A DNA stretch of 64,000 bases from an uncultured Collinsella sp. (GTDB lineage: Bacteria; Actinomycetota; Coriobacteriia; Coriobacteriales; Coriobacteriaceae), in contig CABSLA010000002.1 in assembly GCA_902478545.1 (NCBI GenBank), positions 66,037-130,036 of the forward strand. The letters run 5' to 3'. The notes under the pieces were generated by a model that saw only the letters and a program-made list of their open reading frames with translations, had not been told where the DNA came from and did not search any database. This document shows positions 9,449 to 19,322 of this stretch, one piece after another. Positions within the stretch are counted from its first letter, which is position 1. Each line of letters starts with the position of its first letter. Both the position numbers and the translations under genes were made by a program.

Positions 9449-10462
9449 ATGGCATATCCCGTATTTGACCTACACTGCGACACCGCCGACCGCATCGGCT
9501 GGGCCACGCTCGATCTCGACCTGCGCTTTACCGCCGGCACCGACGGTTATTTCCCCGGCGACGAAACGCATCCGCAAGATTTCGACCTCATCGAGGGCAA
9601 CGCCTGCGCCATCTCGCTCGCAAAGATCGGCAACACGCCATGGGCACAGTGCTTCGCCACGTTTGTCCCCGACGAGATTCCCACCGCCCACGCCGCGCGC
9701 TTCCAGGCGCAAATCATGGCGCATATGAGCGGCCAGGCAATGCTCAACCACGACCGCATGGTCAACGTACGCAGCGCGGCAGACATTCGCCCCGCGCTCA
9801 AAGACGGCAAGGTCGCCTGCATCCACACCATCGAAAACGCCACGTTCTTTGCCGAGGACCCCGCGCTGATCGAGGTGCTCAAGAGCTTGGGCGTACTCAT
9901 GTCATCGCTCAGCTGGAATGCGCAAGGACCGCTCGCGAGCGGACACGATACCCACGCCGGCCTCACCGCCGCCGGCATCGAGGCACTTACGCAGATGGAG
10001 CACGCCGGCATGGTGCTTGACGTCTCCCACCTCAACGATGAGTGCTTTGACGAGGTTGTCGCCCACGCCACACGTCCCTTCGTCGCCAGCCACTCCAACT
10101 CCCGTGCGGTTTGCGGCGTCAAACGCAACCTTACCGACGACCAGTTCCGCACCATTCGCGACATGGGCGGTATCGTCGGCCTCAACTACTGCAGCGAGTT
10201 CCTTTCCAACGACGCAACCGACAAGACCGCCGCAGACGTCACCTTCGACCAGCTAGCGGCACATATCGAGCACTGGCTCGACCTGGGCGGCGAGGACGTC
10301 ATCGCGCTCGGCGGCGACTGGGACGGTGCCACGGTGCCCGCCTTCCTCTCCGATGCCAGCAAGATGCCCGAGTTCCAGAACATGCTCTCCAAGCACTTTG
10401 GCAAGACCGTGATGCAGAAGCTCTGCAGCGACAACGCGCTTGCCTTCTTTGAGCGTTATTAA
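9449..10462 (+). CDS. Membrane dipeptidase family (peptidase M19)
   Basis: DLHCD, DVSH, ASHSN, RNLTD and LGGDWDG motifs. Confidence 0.88.
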   Translation: MAYPVFDLHCDTADRIGWATLDLDLRFTAGTDGYFPGDETHPQDFDLIEGNACAISLAKIGNTPWAQCFATFVPDEIPTAHAARFQAQIMAHMSGQAMLNHDRMVNVRSAADIRPALKDGKVACIHTIENATFFAEDPALIEVLKSLGVLMSSLSWNAQGPLASGHDTHAGLTAAGIEALTQMEHAGMVLDVSHLNDECFDEVVAHATRPFVASHSNSRAVCGVKRNLTDDQFRTIRDMGGIVGLNYCSEFLSNDATDKTAADVTFDQLAAHIEHWLDLGGEDVIALGGDWDGATVPAFLSDASKMPEFQNMLSKHFGKTVMQKLCSDNALAFFERY

Positions 10463-10503
10463 TTTCACATCCCTTGAGCGGGCCGGCATGCCGAACGGTC
10501 GAC

Positions 10504-11322
10504 ATGCCGGCCCGTCCCCAATCTGAAGGACCGCTTTTGACGCAGCAGTTTACGATTTCCGCATCCCGACCGGATGGGACGCCCATCCCCGTCATCGTTA
10601 CCAAAAAGCGCGTCAAGAACTTCAACCTACGCGTCACATCGAGCGGTGAGGTCCACGCCAGTGCACCGCTCGGCGCCAGCCGCGAGCGTATCGAAGCGTT
10701 TGTGAAGCGCAACAGCGCCTGGATTATCAGCCGACTTGCCCAGCGCGAGCAACGTCAGGCGACGGCGCGAGAGCCGCTCAGTCCCTCGTCCATCATTGCG
10801 CTTTGGGGCAAGCCCATCACCGTTCAGGATGCACTCGACCACAACTTTGAGTCCCCCGCACCACGGCCCAAACAAGCCACCTTCGCAAGTTTTATGGGTA
10901 CCGACGAATCGAACGGAGGCCCACAGGCCAAGCGGCACGCAATCCTCGACGACCTAACGTCCGATGAGCTCCAAGCCCACATCGACCAGCTCTATACGTC
11001 CGAGGTCACATCGGTGCTACGCGATATGGTGCACGCATACGAAATCGCAATGGGTGTCGCCGTTTCCCGCGTTTCCGTGCGCAGCATGAAAACGCGCTGG
11101 GGATCATGCACGCCCAAAACCGGCGCCATTCGCATCGCACGAGAACTTGCCGCCTACCCCGTCGAGTGCCTTGACATGGTTGTCGCCCACGAGCTCGTCC
11201 ACCTGCTCGAGCCAAGCCACAATCATCGGTTTCACGCCCTGCTCGACACGTACTGCCCCAACAATAGAGCCCTGTCGCAGCGGCTCAAGCAGCCACCCTC
11301 AACAAGCTCTAGCGTCGACTAG
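10504..11322 (+). CDS. YgjP/SprT-like zinc metalloprotein (DUF45 type)
   Basis: MKTRWGSC and VVAHELVHLLEPSHNHRF (HExxH) motifs. Confidence 0.85.
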   Translation: MPARPQSEGPLLTQQFTISASRPDGTPIPVIVTKKRVKNFNLRVTSSGEVHASAPLGASRERIEAFVKRNSAWIISRLAQREQRQATAREPLSPSSIIALWGKPITVQDALDHNFESPAPRPKQATFASFMGTDESNGGPQAKRHAILDDLTSDELQAHIDQLYTSEVTSVLRDMVHAYEIAMGVAVSRVSVRSMKTRWGSCTPKTGAIRIARELAAYPVECLDMVVAHELVHLLEPSHNHRFHALLDTYCPNNRALSQRLKQPPSTSSSVD

Positions 11323-11804
11323 CGCACGCGCTCGATCTCGACGCCGCAGCTTGCCAGGGGAAGACCGACGGGCGCCCACGGCTTATCGAGCTTTATGCGC
11401 ACACCAAGCAGCAAGGGATAACGACGCAACAGCATCTGGGCCACACCCTCGGCTGCCGCCTCGATAAGTTTAAACGTATGCTCGCGCAGATACCCATCGA
11501 CATCGTGGCACACCGAGCCGTAGTCAATCGAGGCGTCCAGGTTATCGTGCTCCCCCGCTGCACGCAGGTCGGCATAGAGCACCAGGGACACGATGAACTT
11601 CTGGCCCAGCGCGTTCTCTTCGGGATATACGCCGTGGTTAGCAAAAACCTCAAGACCTTCAACGGTGATGCGGTCGGCATGGCGCAGATCGTCATAGTTC
11701 ACGTGGGGTACCGCCGTTGCGGTGGATATTTCGCCCCTTCCACGGCGGGCGAGCTCGGCACCTTCAGTCTTGGTTGCATTCTCGGGCAGTTTCTTATTGC
11801 TCAT
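11319..11804 (-). CDS. folB: Dihydroneopterin aldolase
   Basis: HGVYPEENALGQKF, SIDYG and FKLIEA motifs. Confidence 0.9.
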   Translation of the reverse strand: MSNKKLPENATKTEGAELARRGRGEISTATAVPHVNYDDLRHADRITVEGLEVFANHGVYPEENALGQKFIVSLVLYADLRAAGEHDNLDASIDYGSVCHDVDGYLREHTFKLIEAAAEGVAQMLLRRYPLLLGVRIKLDKPWAPVGLPLASCGVEIERVR

Positions 11805-11847
11805 CGCGATCGTCTCCTTCGTTTAGAACCCCGACCGCGCAAACTAA

Positions 11848-12429
11848 CTACACGCGAATCGACAGGTTCTTTTTATCATCGCTCCAGTTGCAAGCATTGC
11901 GCGCGGGGCATGCAAAGCAGGCGCGCGACGCTTTATCGGCCGCATAGAGCAGACGCTCAAGCGGTTGGCTGTTCACGCGCAGCTTTCGATGGCCCAGAAT
12001 GGCCGTCTTAATGGCTGCGGCATCGGCCGGCTCAAACGCCACATCATCGGGCATGCCGCCGAGAATCGCATCAGCGACGCGTTCGCTTGCAACATCATGG
12101 GATATACCCGATTCATACTGTTCATCTTTGCCGATATCGTGAAGAAGTGCCGTGGCGTAGATGACCTCGCGGTCAAATTCGAGCTGTTCCTCGAGATTCT
12201 TGATCCACATAATGCGAGCGACATCGAGCAGATGGTCAATACCGTGGCGGCAGAAGATGCGCCCCGATTCCAACTGCGCAATGTTGCCCAGGTGCCGCCG
12301 AAACAGCCCGTTGGCACAAATGTAATCAATGCGAGGCATGGCATCAAAGGGGGCCAGGCCCGAAGCCATGAAGCCGCGACGCGGCGTCCCCTCATCGGTC
12401 TTCGATGTAAAGTCGTTGACGACCCTCAT
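11848..12429 (-). CDS. HD-domain phosphohydrolase
   Basis: H...HLLDVAR, ALLHDIGK and YAADK motifs. The ATG lies 1 nt after the folE stop. Confidence 0.85.
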   Translation of the reverse strand: MRVVNDFTSKTDEGTPRRGFMASGLAPFDAMPRIDYICANGLFRRHLGNIAQLESGRIFCRHGIDHLLDVARIMWIKNLEEQLEFDREVIYATALLHDIGKDEQYESGISHDVASERVADAILGGMPDDVAFEPADAAAIKTAILGHRKLRVNSQPLERLLYAADKASRACFACPARNACNWSDDKKNLSIRV

Positions 12430-12430
12430 G

Positions 12431-12988
12431 CTAACGGCCCAGCATCCTAAAGAACCGCTCCTCGAGCGACGGATCGGTCTCAAAGACGCCGCGGCGAGCG
12501 AGCGTCACGGTCTTGGTGCCAGGCTTTTGCACGCCGCGCATGGTCATGCACATATGCTCAGCCTCCATGAGCACAATCGCTCCCTGGGGAGCGAGATACT
12601 CCATGAGGGCATCGGCAACCTGTGCGCACAGCTGCTCCTGCAGCTGCAGACGACGGGCGTAGACCTCAACCGTGCGGGCAAGCTTAGAGAGCCCTGCGAC
12701 ACGGCCGTTGGGGATATAACCAATGGCGGCCTTGCCATAAAACGGCAGCAGATGATGCTCGCACAGCGAGTAAAACGTGATGTCGCGCTCGATAACCAAA
12801 TCGTTCGAAGCGACGGCAAAGGTTTTGGACAGGTGCTCCTCGGCACTCTGGTCCATACCGCCGGCGATCTCACCATACATACGGGCAACGCGCGCCGGGG
12901 TCTCCAGCAGGCCCTCACGAGTTGGGTCCTCGCCTATGCCCTCAAGCAACAGCTTAATGGCGGCCTCGACTTTTTCCTGATCGATCAT
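12431..12988 (-). CDS. folE: GTP cyclohydrolase I
   Basis: [26 protein letters not shown] and HMCMTMRG motifs. Confidence 0.95.
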   Translation of the reverse strand: MIDQEKVEAAIKLLLEGIGEDPTREGLLETPARVARMYGEIAGGMDQSAEEHLSKTFAVASNDLVIERDITFYSLCEHHLLPFYGKAAIGYIPNGRVAGLSKLARTVEVYARRLQLQEQLCAQVADALMEYLAPQGAIVLMEAEHMCMTMRGVQKPGTKTVTLARRGVFETDPSLEERFFRMLGR

Positions 12989-13054
12989 CTGGGCCTCACT
13001 TTTCCGATTTTGCGTTCGCGCTATGGTACCACGCCCTTTGGCATCGGCCACAAG

Positions 13055-13636
13055 CTACATAGTATGGGTCGAATAGACTGGATCGTCCCGCCAAAGTTCA
13101 ACCGCATCACAAAGCGCAACACCCTCGCGCTCAGCACGGTCGCGCGTAGCGTTCATATCGATCACACGCTGGTTACTCGAGCCCCTAAAACGCAATGAGA
13201 TATCGTACAGCTCCTGAACAAACGGGCCATCCACCAACATATCGAGGCAGGCAAGGATACGGTCCGTCGCCTCGGTATGGTGACGACCACCCGGCATAAG
13301 CTCCTCGAGCACGTCGCCGGTAAAACACCAAATGGTCTTTCCTGACCCCGCGGGATAGGCCGCACGCACGCGTTCGATAAAGTCAACGAGCCCCGTCTGA
13401 TTCTCGGGCTCCATAGGCTCGCCACCCAGAATCGTCAGGCCATCGATAAAGGGATGATCGAGACTCTCGATAATCTTGTCCTCGACGGCACGATCGAACG
13501 GCTCACCCGCAGCAAAGTCCCACGCGACAGAGTTAAAGCAATTCTTGCACCCACGACGGCACCCGCTCACAAACAGAGAAGTACGAACGCCTTCCCCATC
13601 AGCAATGTCGAAATACTTAATGTTCGCGTAGTTCAT
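13055..13636 (-). CDS. nrdG: Anaerobic ribonucleotide reductase activating protein
   Basis: Radical SAM CxxxCxxC (GCRRGCKNC), LGGEP and FRGSSNQR motifs. Confidence 0.93.
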   Translation of the reverse strand: MNYANIKYFDIADGEGVRTSLFVSGCRRGCKNCFNSVAWDFAAGEPFDRAVEDKIIESLDHPFIDGLTILGGEPMEPENQTGLVDFIERVRAAYPAGSGKTIWCFTGDVLEELMPGGRHHTEATDRILACLDMLVDGPFVQELYDISLRFRGSSNQRVIDMNATRDRAEREGVALCDAVELWRDDPVYSTHTM

Positions 13637-13651
13637 AGGTAACTCTCCCGG

Positions 13652-13735
13652 GAGGCCGGGACATATCATCCCGTCCTCAAACATTCTCGGCCTTCGGCCT
13701 GCGAAACTGCGGGCGGGACGATATGTCCCGGCCTC
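13652..13735. repeat. Long intergenic hairpin (~84 bp) with central GGCC-TTCG-GCC
   Basis: Arms gaggccgggacatatcatcccgtcc / gggcgggacgatatgtcccggcctc. Confidence 0.8.
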
Positions 13736-13913
13736 ATGCAAAGGGTAACTCAATGAACGAAGCGAACATCGAGTATAGGGTTCGAGGTCCAATAAAAACT
13801 TTGTTGCAGCTCAACCGCCATCGCAAGTAAATCGCAGCTGCAGCTCAAATTATTTCCGCTAAGAACTTCGAGGAGTGAGCAGGCCTCATGCTGCATCTCA
13901 GCTACGTCAACTT

Positions 13914-14051
13914 GGCCGCCCCGTAGCGAGGCCCCGGACCTTTGCTCGATATGAGTTCCGCACGAACAGGAGGCGCCAGTGGCGCCTCCGTCGTGAGCCA
14001 GGACTGTCCGAAATAGCGAGTAAAGGTCCGGGGCCTCGCTACGGGGCGGCC
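13914..14051. repeat. Long intergenic hairpin (~138 bp) with 30-bp perfect terminal inverted repeats
   Basis: Arms ggccgccccgtagcgaggccccggaccttt / aaaggtccggggcctcgctacggggcggcc, centre ggaggcgcca-g-tggcgcctcc. Confidence 0.88.
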
Positions 14052-14062
14052 TGGGATGGTTA

Positions 14063-16285
14063 TTAGAGATGCAGCACGCGGTCGCGGATCTCCTCGGTTC
14101 GACCCTGGTTCCAGAACTGGGTACCGATGTAACCGCACGTGCGACGGGCGACGTTCATCTTCTCCTGATCGCGGTTGCCGCAGTTGGGGCACTCCCACAC
14201 CAGCTTGCCGTCATCCTCGACAATCTTGATCTCACCGTCGTAGCCGCACACCTGGCAGTAGTCGCTCTTGGTGTTGAGCTCGGCGTACATGATGTTGTCG
14301 TAGATGTACTGCATCACGCGAATGACAGCCTTGAGGTTGTCCTGCATGTTGGGAACCTCGACGTAGGAGATGGCACCGCCCGGCGAAAGCTGCTGGAACA
14401 TACCCTCGAACTTGAGCTTATCGAAAGCATCAATCTCCTCAGACACATGGACGTGGTAGCTGTTGGTGATGTAGCCCTTGTCCGTCACGCCCGGGATGAT
14501 GCCAAAACGACGCTGCAGGCACTTGGCGAACTTGTAGGTCGTCGACTCAAGCGGGGTACCGTACAGCGAGAAGTCAATATCGCTTTCGGCCTTCCACTCG
14601 GCGCACTTGTCGTTCATGCGTTGCATGACGGCCATGGCAAAGGGCGTGCCCTCCTTCTCGGTGTGGCTGTGGCCCGTCATATACTTGACGCACTCATACA
14701 GGCCGGCATAACCCAGACTAATGGTGGAGTAACCGCCCACGAGCAGCTTGTCGATCGTCTCGCCCTTCTTCAGACGGGCGAGGGCACCGTACTGCCAAAG
14801 AATCGGTGCGGCATCCGAAAGCGTACCCATCAGACGCTCATGACGGCACAGCAGGGCGCGGTGGCACAGCTCAAGGCGCTCGTCGAAGATCTTCCAGAAC
14901 TTGTCCATATCCTGGTGCGAGCTCAGCGCGACATCGGGCAGGTTGATGGTCACGACGCCCTGGTTAAAGCGACCATAGTACTTGGGCTTGTTCGGGTCGT
15001 AGTTCAGCGCGTTGGCAACGTTGTTAAAGCCGTTGCCCGAGCGGTCGGGCGTCAAGAAGCTGCGGCAGCCCATGCAGGTATAGCAGTCGCCGTTACCCGC
15101 GGTCTCGCCCTTCGACAGCTTGAGCTCGCGCATCTTTTTCTCGGAGATGTAATCGGGCACCATGCGCTTGGCAGTGCACTTGGCAGCCAGCTGGGTCAGG
15201 TAGAAGTACGGGGAATCCTCGTGAACGTTATCGTCCTCGAGTACATAGATAAGCTTGGGGAATGCCGGGGTGATCCATACGCCGGCCTCGTTCTTAACGC
15301 CCTCGTAGCGCTGGCGAAGCGTCTCCTCCACGATCATGGCAAGGTCGTGCTTCTCCTGAGGCGTACGGGCCTCGTTAAGATACATAAAGACCGTCACGAA
15401 CGGCGCCTGGCCATTGGTGGTCATAAGGGTCACGACCTGATACTGAATCGTCTGGACGCCGCGACGGATCTCGTCACGCAGACGGTCCTCAACGACCTCA
15501 CGGACCTTCTCGGCAGACGCAGAGACACCGAGCTCCTCGAGCTCGCGAGCGACCTCGCCGCGAATCTTTTGACGGCTCACCTCGACGAACGGGGCAAGAT
15601 GGGTCAGCGAAATCGACTGGCCTCCGTACTGGGAGGAAGCAACCTGGGCGATGATCTGCGTCGCGATGTTGCAGGCGGTCGAGAAGCTGTGCGGCTTCTC
15701 GATCAGCGTACCCGAGATAACAGTGCCGTTCTGGAGCATGTCCTCCAGGTTCACCAGATCGCAGTTGTGCATGTGCTGGGCAAAGTAATCCGAATCGTGG
15801 AAATGGATCAGGCCCTCATTATGGGCATCCACGATCTCTTGAGGCAGCAGCACACGCTGAGTCAGGTCCTTGGAGATCTCGCCGGCCATGTAGTCACGCT
15901 GAACGGAATTGACGGTCGGGTTCTTGTTGGAGTTCTCCTGCTTGACCTCTTCGTTATTGCACTCGATCAGCGACAGGATCTTGTCATCGGTCGTGTTCTT
16001 CTGGCGCTTCAGGCTCTGAACATAGCGATAGATGATGTAGTGGCGGGCAACCTCGTAGCAGTCGAGACGCATGATCTCGTCCTCGACCAAATCCTGAATC
16101 TCCTCGACCGAAACAGTGTGGCCCGCGTTCTCGCATGCCTCGGCGACGTTTTGCGCCGCGTAAACCACCTGGCGGTCGGTAAGACGAGAGCTCTCCTCGA
16201 CCTCCAAGTTTGCGGCACGGATGGCATTGACGATCTTATCGATGTCAAAGACAACCTCGGTGCCGCTGCGCTTGATGATCTTCAT
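14063..16285 (-). CDS. nrdD: Anaerobic (class III) ribonucleoside-triphosphate reductase
   Basis: N-terminal ATP cone (IIKRSG...FDIDKI), CQVC/CPNC zinc motif and glycyl radical loop RRTCGYI. Confidence 0.96.
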   Translation of the reverse strand: MKIIKRSGTEVVFDIDKIVNAIRAANLEVEESSRLTDRQVVYAAQNVAEACENAGHTVSVEEIQDLVEDEIMRLDCYEVARHYIIYRYVQSLKRQKNTTDDKILSLIECNNEEVKQENSNKNPTVNSVQRDYMAGEISKDLTQRVLLPQEIVDAHNEGLIHFHDSDYFAQHMHNCDLVNLEDMLQNGTVISGTLIEKPHSFSTACNIATQIIAQVASSQYGGQSISLTHLAPFVEVSRQKIRGEVARELEELGVSASAEKVREVVEDRLRDEIRRGVQTIQYQVVTLMTTNGQAPFVTVFMYLNEARTPQEKHDLAMIVEETLRQRYEGVKNEAGVWITPAFPKLIYVLEDDNVHEDSPYFYLTQLAAKCTAKRMVPDYISEKKMRELKLSKGETAGNGDCYTCMGCRSFLTPDRSGNGFNNVANALNYDPNKPKYYGRFNQGVVTINLPDVALSSHQDMDKFWKIFDERLELCHRALLCRHERLMGTLSDAAPILWQYGALARLKKGETIDKLLVGGYSTISLGYAGLYECVKYMTGHSHTEKEGTPFAMAVMQRMNDKCAEWKAESDIDFSLYGTPLESTTYKFAKCLQRRFGIIPGVTDKGYITNSYHVHVSEEIDAFDKLKFEGMFQQLSPGGAISYVEVPNMQDNLKAVIRVMQYIYDNIMYAELNTKSDYCQVCGYDGEIKIVEDDGKLVWECPNCGNRDQEKMNVARRTCGYIGTQFWNQGRTEEIRDRVLHL

Positions 16286-16510
16286 CCTCTTGCCTCTTTC
16301 GCATCGTAGCCTCATCGCGCTTCAGAGCCAAACGATACCCGGCAGGGCTTGCCCCTGTCTTGCGGCGCCGTCGCGCAATCTGTGTTCTCGATAAACCATA
16401 AGTCCTCATGCGGACAATCCTCGCGGCCGATCAAGCGGCTCAAAGACGTGTCCAAATGGGGCGAATAAGGTTCTCGTTCTCTGTCCGCCATCTATCATAC
16501 GACAAAGAGG

Positions 16511-16558
16511 CATCTATATCCTGTATTCTTTTTTTAGGTCAAACACAACATATAGTGT
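16511..16558. promoter_or_regulatory. Tandem NrdR boxes upstream of nrdD
   Basis: ACACAACATATAGTGT at 16543-16558 matches the NrdR consensus. A weaker box, CATCTATATCCTGTAT, lies 32 bp away at 16511-16526. Confidence 0.75.
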
Positions 16559-16919
16559 TTCAGCAGGTCAAAGCAATTAGTCATTTTGCAGACGCATTAA
16601 TTATGAGGGGTTCTTGGCAAGTCGGTAAAACGTTACCAACACGGCTACCTGCATGGCAGTTATAAAACCCCCTTAGTCAAGCCGCTGACAAATCCTACCA
16701 AAACCAAGCCGCTCACGCCAAAAGATTCCAAAAGATTGTGCTTGACCAACATGTTGCGGTCACGATCGGCCAGGACGTATGCAATCTGCCGGCACCTCTA
16801 CGGGATGCGAAGACCATCGCGTACAGACCTTGGATCAATATTTGGTGGCTTATTTGCCGGCATGTTTGGTGGCATAAAACAAAACAGCCCAGAGACATAG
16901 CCTCTGAGCTGCGAACATT

Positions 16920-16994
16920 TGGTGGGCGTTAGAAGATTTGAACTTCTGACCTCTTCCGTGTCAGGGAAGCGCTCTCCCCCTGAGCTAAACGCCC
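16920..16994 (-). tRNA. tRNA-Val(GAC)
   Basis: GGGCGTTTAGCTCAG...CTGACAC...GTTCAAATC...CCA cloverleaf. Confidence 0.95.
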
Positions 16995-16997
16995 AAA

Positions 16998-17073
16998 TGG
17001 AGCGGACAACGGGGCTCGAACCCGCGACCCCAACCTTGGCAAGGTTGTGCTCTACCAACTGAGCCATGTCCGC
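16998..17073 (-). tRNA. tRNA-Gly(GCC)
   Basis: GCGGACATGGCTCAGTTGG...TTGCCAA...GTTCGAG...CCA. Confidence 0.96.
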
Positions 17074-17085
17074 TTACGAGGATTA

Positions 17086-17135
17086 ATCTTACGTGATGCC
17101 CGCATCCTATGCAAGAACTTTTTTTAAAAAGTTTT
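17086..17135 (-). promoter_or_regulatory. Sigma70-type promoter of tRNA-Gly/Val
   Basis: TTGCAT-17 bp-TAAGAT, preceded by an A/T tract. Confidence 0.65.
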
Positions 17136-17205
17136 GCGACGCTCTCGCGAGGGCATCAGTCGTCACGAAAGGCGCGAACAAACGCAGGCTCGCAGCGAGA
17201 TGCCC

Positions 17206-18939
17206 CTACATCTCACCGAGCATGATCCAGGCAGAGCTGTCCTGCGCGAGCCTGCCGTCTGCAAGCGGTGATGAGGTGAGCAGGACCCTGCCCGCCGGCA
17301 GCTCCACGGGTGCTGCGCCGAAGTTCGTCACACACGCCCAGCCGTTGTCGCGGCGATAGGCGATGACGCCGCCCTCGGCGCCCTCGGCACCATCCGCAAG
17401 ACCGGTGCGCCCGTCAAGATCGAGCCACGCAAGATCGTTGGCGCAACCGCGCAGCTTGCGCCGCAGCCAGAGGGCGTCACGATAGAGCGCAAGCATCGAT
17501 GTCGGGTCCACTTCTTCCCTATCGGCAGCATAATCGGAAAACCATGCAGGCTGCGGCAGATGGGGCGCCGCATCGGCGTCTGCCGGCGAAAACCCAAACG
17601 ATCCGCCATGCGCGGGATCGTCCGCCGCCACCCACGGCAGGGGCACACGACAGCCGTCGCGCCCCTTCTCACGCTTCGGTCCGTGCGTATTGGTCGCAGT
17701 AGGGTCTTCGAGTGCAGCCCACGGGATATCAGCCACCTCAAAAAGGCCGAGCTCCTCACCCTGATACACGTATGCCGAGCCCGGAAGCGCCAGCTCAAGC
17801 AAAAGGGCCGCCCGCGCGCGGCGCTCGCCGAGTTCACGGTCCTCGTCATAAGACGACCCGTCGCGCAAGAGCCAGTCGAGCGCAATCTGGTGGTAGCGCG
17901 TCGCCTTGATTTGCGGCAGGGCATAGCGTGTCGCCACGCGCGGCACGTCGTGGTTGGAGAGTACCCAGGTCGAGGCGGAATCGGATTCGACGGCTGTCTT
18001 CAAGCCCTTCTCGATTGCAGTGTGCATGTCATCATAGGTCCAAGTGGCCTTGGCAAACTCAAAGTTGAATGTCTGGCCAAGCTCGCTGGGACGCGCGTAG
18101 AGATACTGGCGCTCGGGCAGCACCCACGCCTCGGCAACGGCACTGCGCGGCGGATTATAGCGGTCGAACACGCGGCGCCACTCGCGATAGATCTCGTGGA
18201 CCTCATTGCGGTCCCACAGCGGATGGGTGCCGTCGTCAACCATGTCATCGCCCTCGGCGAGATGCCACCGGTCGAGGTCATCGCGGTCGAGATCCTTGGC
18301 GAGACCCTGCGCCACATCAATGCGAAAGCCGTCGACGCCTCGATCGCTCCAAAACGCCAGGACGTCGCAAAAGAGCGCGTGAACCTCAGGGCATGACCAG
18401 TCAAAGTCCGGCTGCTCGGGCGTAAACATGTGCAGATACCACTGACCGTCCGCAACACGCGTCCATGCGGGGCCGCCAAAGTTGGCATTCCAATTGGTGG
18501 GAGGCAGCTCGCCATGCTCGCCGCGACCATCGCGGAAGATATAACGGGCGCGTTCGGGCGATCCGGGGCCGGCGGCAAGAGCGGCTTTGAACCAGGGGTG
18601 CTGGTTGGATGAATGGTTGGGCACGATGTCGACGATGACCTTGATGCCGCGCGCGTGAGCCGCAGCGATCATGTCATCGAAGTCGTCAAGCGAGCCGAGA
18701 CGCGGGTCGACATCGCAGTAGTCCGCCACATCATAGCCGCCATCGACAAGAGGCGATGGATAAAACGGGCTCAGCCAGATGGCCTCGATACCCAGTCGCT
18801 CAAGATAGTCCATCTGCTGGGTAATGCCCGCGATATCGCCCAGACCCGAACCAGTCGAATCCTTAAACGAGCGCGGGTAGATCTGATAGATCGCGGCATC
18901 GGACATCCATGAGCGCGAAGAAGACTTTTCTGTAGCCAT
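17206..18939 (-). CDS. GH13 alpha-glucosidase / oligo-1,6-glucosidase family
   Basis: YQIYPRSF, DIVPNH, DGFRIDVA, AEAW, NHD and GRDGCRVP motifs. Confidence 0.92.
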   Translation of the reverse strand: MATEKSSSRSWMSDAAIYQIYPRSFKDSTGSGLGDIAGITQQMDYLERLGIEAIWLSPFYPSPLVDGGYDVADYCDVDPRLGSLDDFDDMIAAAHARGIKVIVDIVPNHSSNQHPWFKAALAAGPGSPERARYIFRDGRGEHGELPPTNWNANFGGPAWTRVADGQWYLHMFTPEQPDFDWSCPEVHALFCDVLAFWSDRGVDGFRIDVAQGLAKDLDRDDLDRWHLAEGDDMVDDGTHPLWDRNEVHEIYREWRRVFDRYNPPRSAVAEAWVLPERQYLYARPSELGQTFNFEFAKATWTYDDMHTAIEKGLKTAVESDSASTWVLSNHDVPRVATRYALPQIKATRYHQIALDWLLRDGSSYDEDRELGERRARAALLLELALPGSAYVYQGEELGLFEVADIPWAALEDPTATNTHGPKREKGRDGCRVPLPWVAADDPAHGGSFGFSPADADAAPHLPQPAWFSDYAADREEVDPTSMLALYRDALWLRRKLRGCANDLAWLDLDGRTGLADGAEGAEGGVIAYRRDNGWACVTNFGAAPVELPAGRVLLTSSPLADGRLAQDSSAWIMLGEM

Positions 18940-19036
18940 GGGGCGTATCTCCCTTGCAACGAGGTTATGCGAGATGCCCACGATGATACGCCCAAAGCGG
19001 ACATTCGCGACAAACAACGCCACAGCCACGCCCCAA

Positions 19037-19322
19037 AACGCTCGCTCCCTCTCGGGTTCGAGCCCATGCGCCGGGTACGAAAAAGCCCGGCTACCGTAGT
19101 AGTCGGGCTGTTACGTTTGGAGCGGACAACGGGGCGTCCGCGTATCCGCTTCGCGGATCCGCACCGGCTTCGGCCGCCTGCCGGCGTCCTCGCCAGCTCG
19201 CTACAAACGCTCCGCGTTTGCTTAACGCTCGCTCCCTCTCGGGTTCGAGCCCAAGCGATGGGTACGAAAAAGCCCGGCTACCGTAGTAGTCGGGCTGCTG
19301 AGTTTGGAGCGGACAACGGGGC
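19037..19322. repeat. tRNA-Gly-linked direct repeat, two ~99 bp copies with a 187 bp period
   Basis: 19037-19135 and 19224-19322 are nearly identical, and each contains a terminator-like hairpin plus the tRNA-Gly 3' end. Confidence 0.85.

Noticed and set aside
13875..14198. Short ORFs over the nrdD-nrdG hairpin, and those at 23097-23438
   Set aside because: They arise from reading palindromic DNA, with the same peptide appearing on both strands.
14069..16309. 746-aa + strand ORF, and similar long antisense ORFs over metY, oppA, gpmI, pgk, gap, uvrC and uvrA
   Set aside because: They mirror the frames of conserved genes and show no independent coding evidence.
16286..16510. Cobalamin or other riboswitch in the nrdD leader
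   Set aside because: No recognisable B12-box or other consensus. The NrdR boxes already explain the regulation.
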